From: Octopus sinensis
Lineage: Eukaryota
Length of the DNA: 64,000 nucleotides
Reading direction: 5' to 3'
NCBI RefSeq assembly: GCF_006345805.1
Contig: NC_043000.1
Span: forward strand, 140,244,001 to 140,308,000
The notes under the pieces are model-generated. The model was not told the origin of the DNA and did not search any database. It saw only the letters and a list, made by a program, of their open reading frames with translations. Shown piece by piece: positions 63,781 through 64,000 of this stretch. Position 1 is the first letter of the stretch; each line of letters starts with the position of its first letter. A program made the position numbers and the translations under genes.

Positions 63781-64000
63781 AAGAGGCTTGATTCCCACCT
63801 CATAGTTCTAGGTTCATTATGGCACCATGGGAAAGTGTCTTCTAAAGACTTGTGAATGAATTTGGTAGATCGAAACTTAAAGAAGGCCATCATATACATA
63901 TAAATATATACACATATACATATATACATATATATATATATATGTATATATATATGTATATGTGTATATATACATCTATGTGTTTTTGTTTTCCTCCCAC

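Noticed and set aside
1475-63929. Dozens of ORF-track entries rich in YI/IY, HT, CV, IYLS, poly-N/M/H
   Set aside because: Translations of (TA)n, (CA)n, (TG)n, (TCTA)n, (TAA)n and (GAT)n microsatellites or of SINE bodies; no protein signal.

Overview
Eukaryotic, AT-rich, microsatellite-saturated nuclear DNA. The SINE, RTE-LINE, Penelope and (TA)n/(TG)n/(TAA)n landscape looks like a coleoid cephalopod, probably Octopus (recognised from memory, no database search). Nearly every ORF in the track is a microsatellite or TE artefact. Supported content: a 5'-truncated but almost intact Penelope-like element (PLE; RT + C-terminal GIY-YIG, one frameshift, 33.6-35.1 kb); decayed mariner, Tc1 and maT transposons; CR1 and RTE LINE fragments; a non-autonomous Helitron; MITEs; and about 30 SINE copies from 4 families. 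The most notable signal is invisible to the ORF track: six type I hammerhead-ribozyme motifs from four unrelated families between 24.5 and 59.8 kb. Two form a near-perfect ~360-bp head-to-head palindrome, one has an inverted copy of its own tail, and one closes the PLE's 1.9-kb microsatellite-filled 3' UTR. No host gene is certain. A speculative minus-strand chain of small and micro-exons splices in frame to a stop at 1-3 and ends in a hydrophobic (GPI-signal-like) tail.
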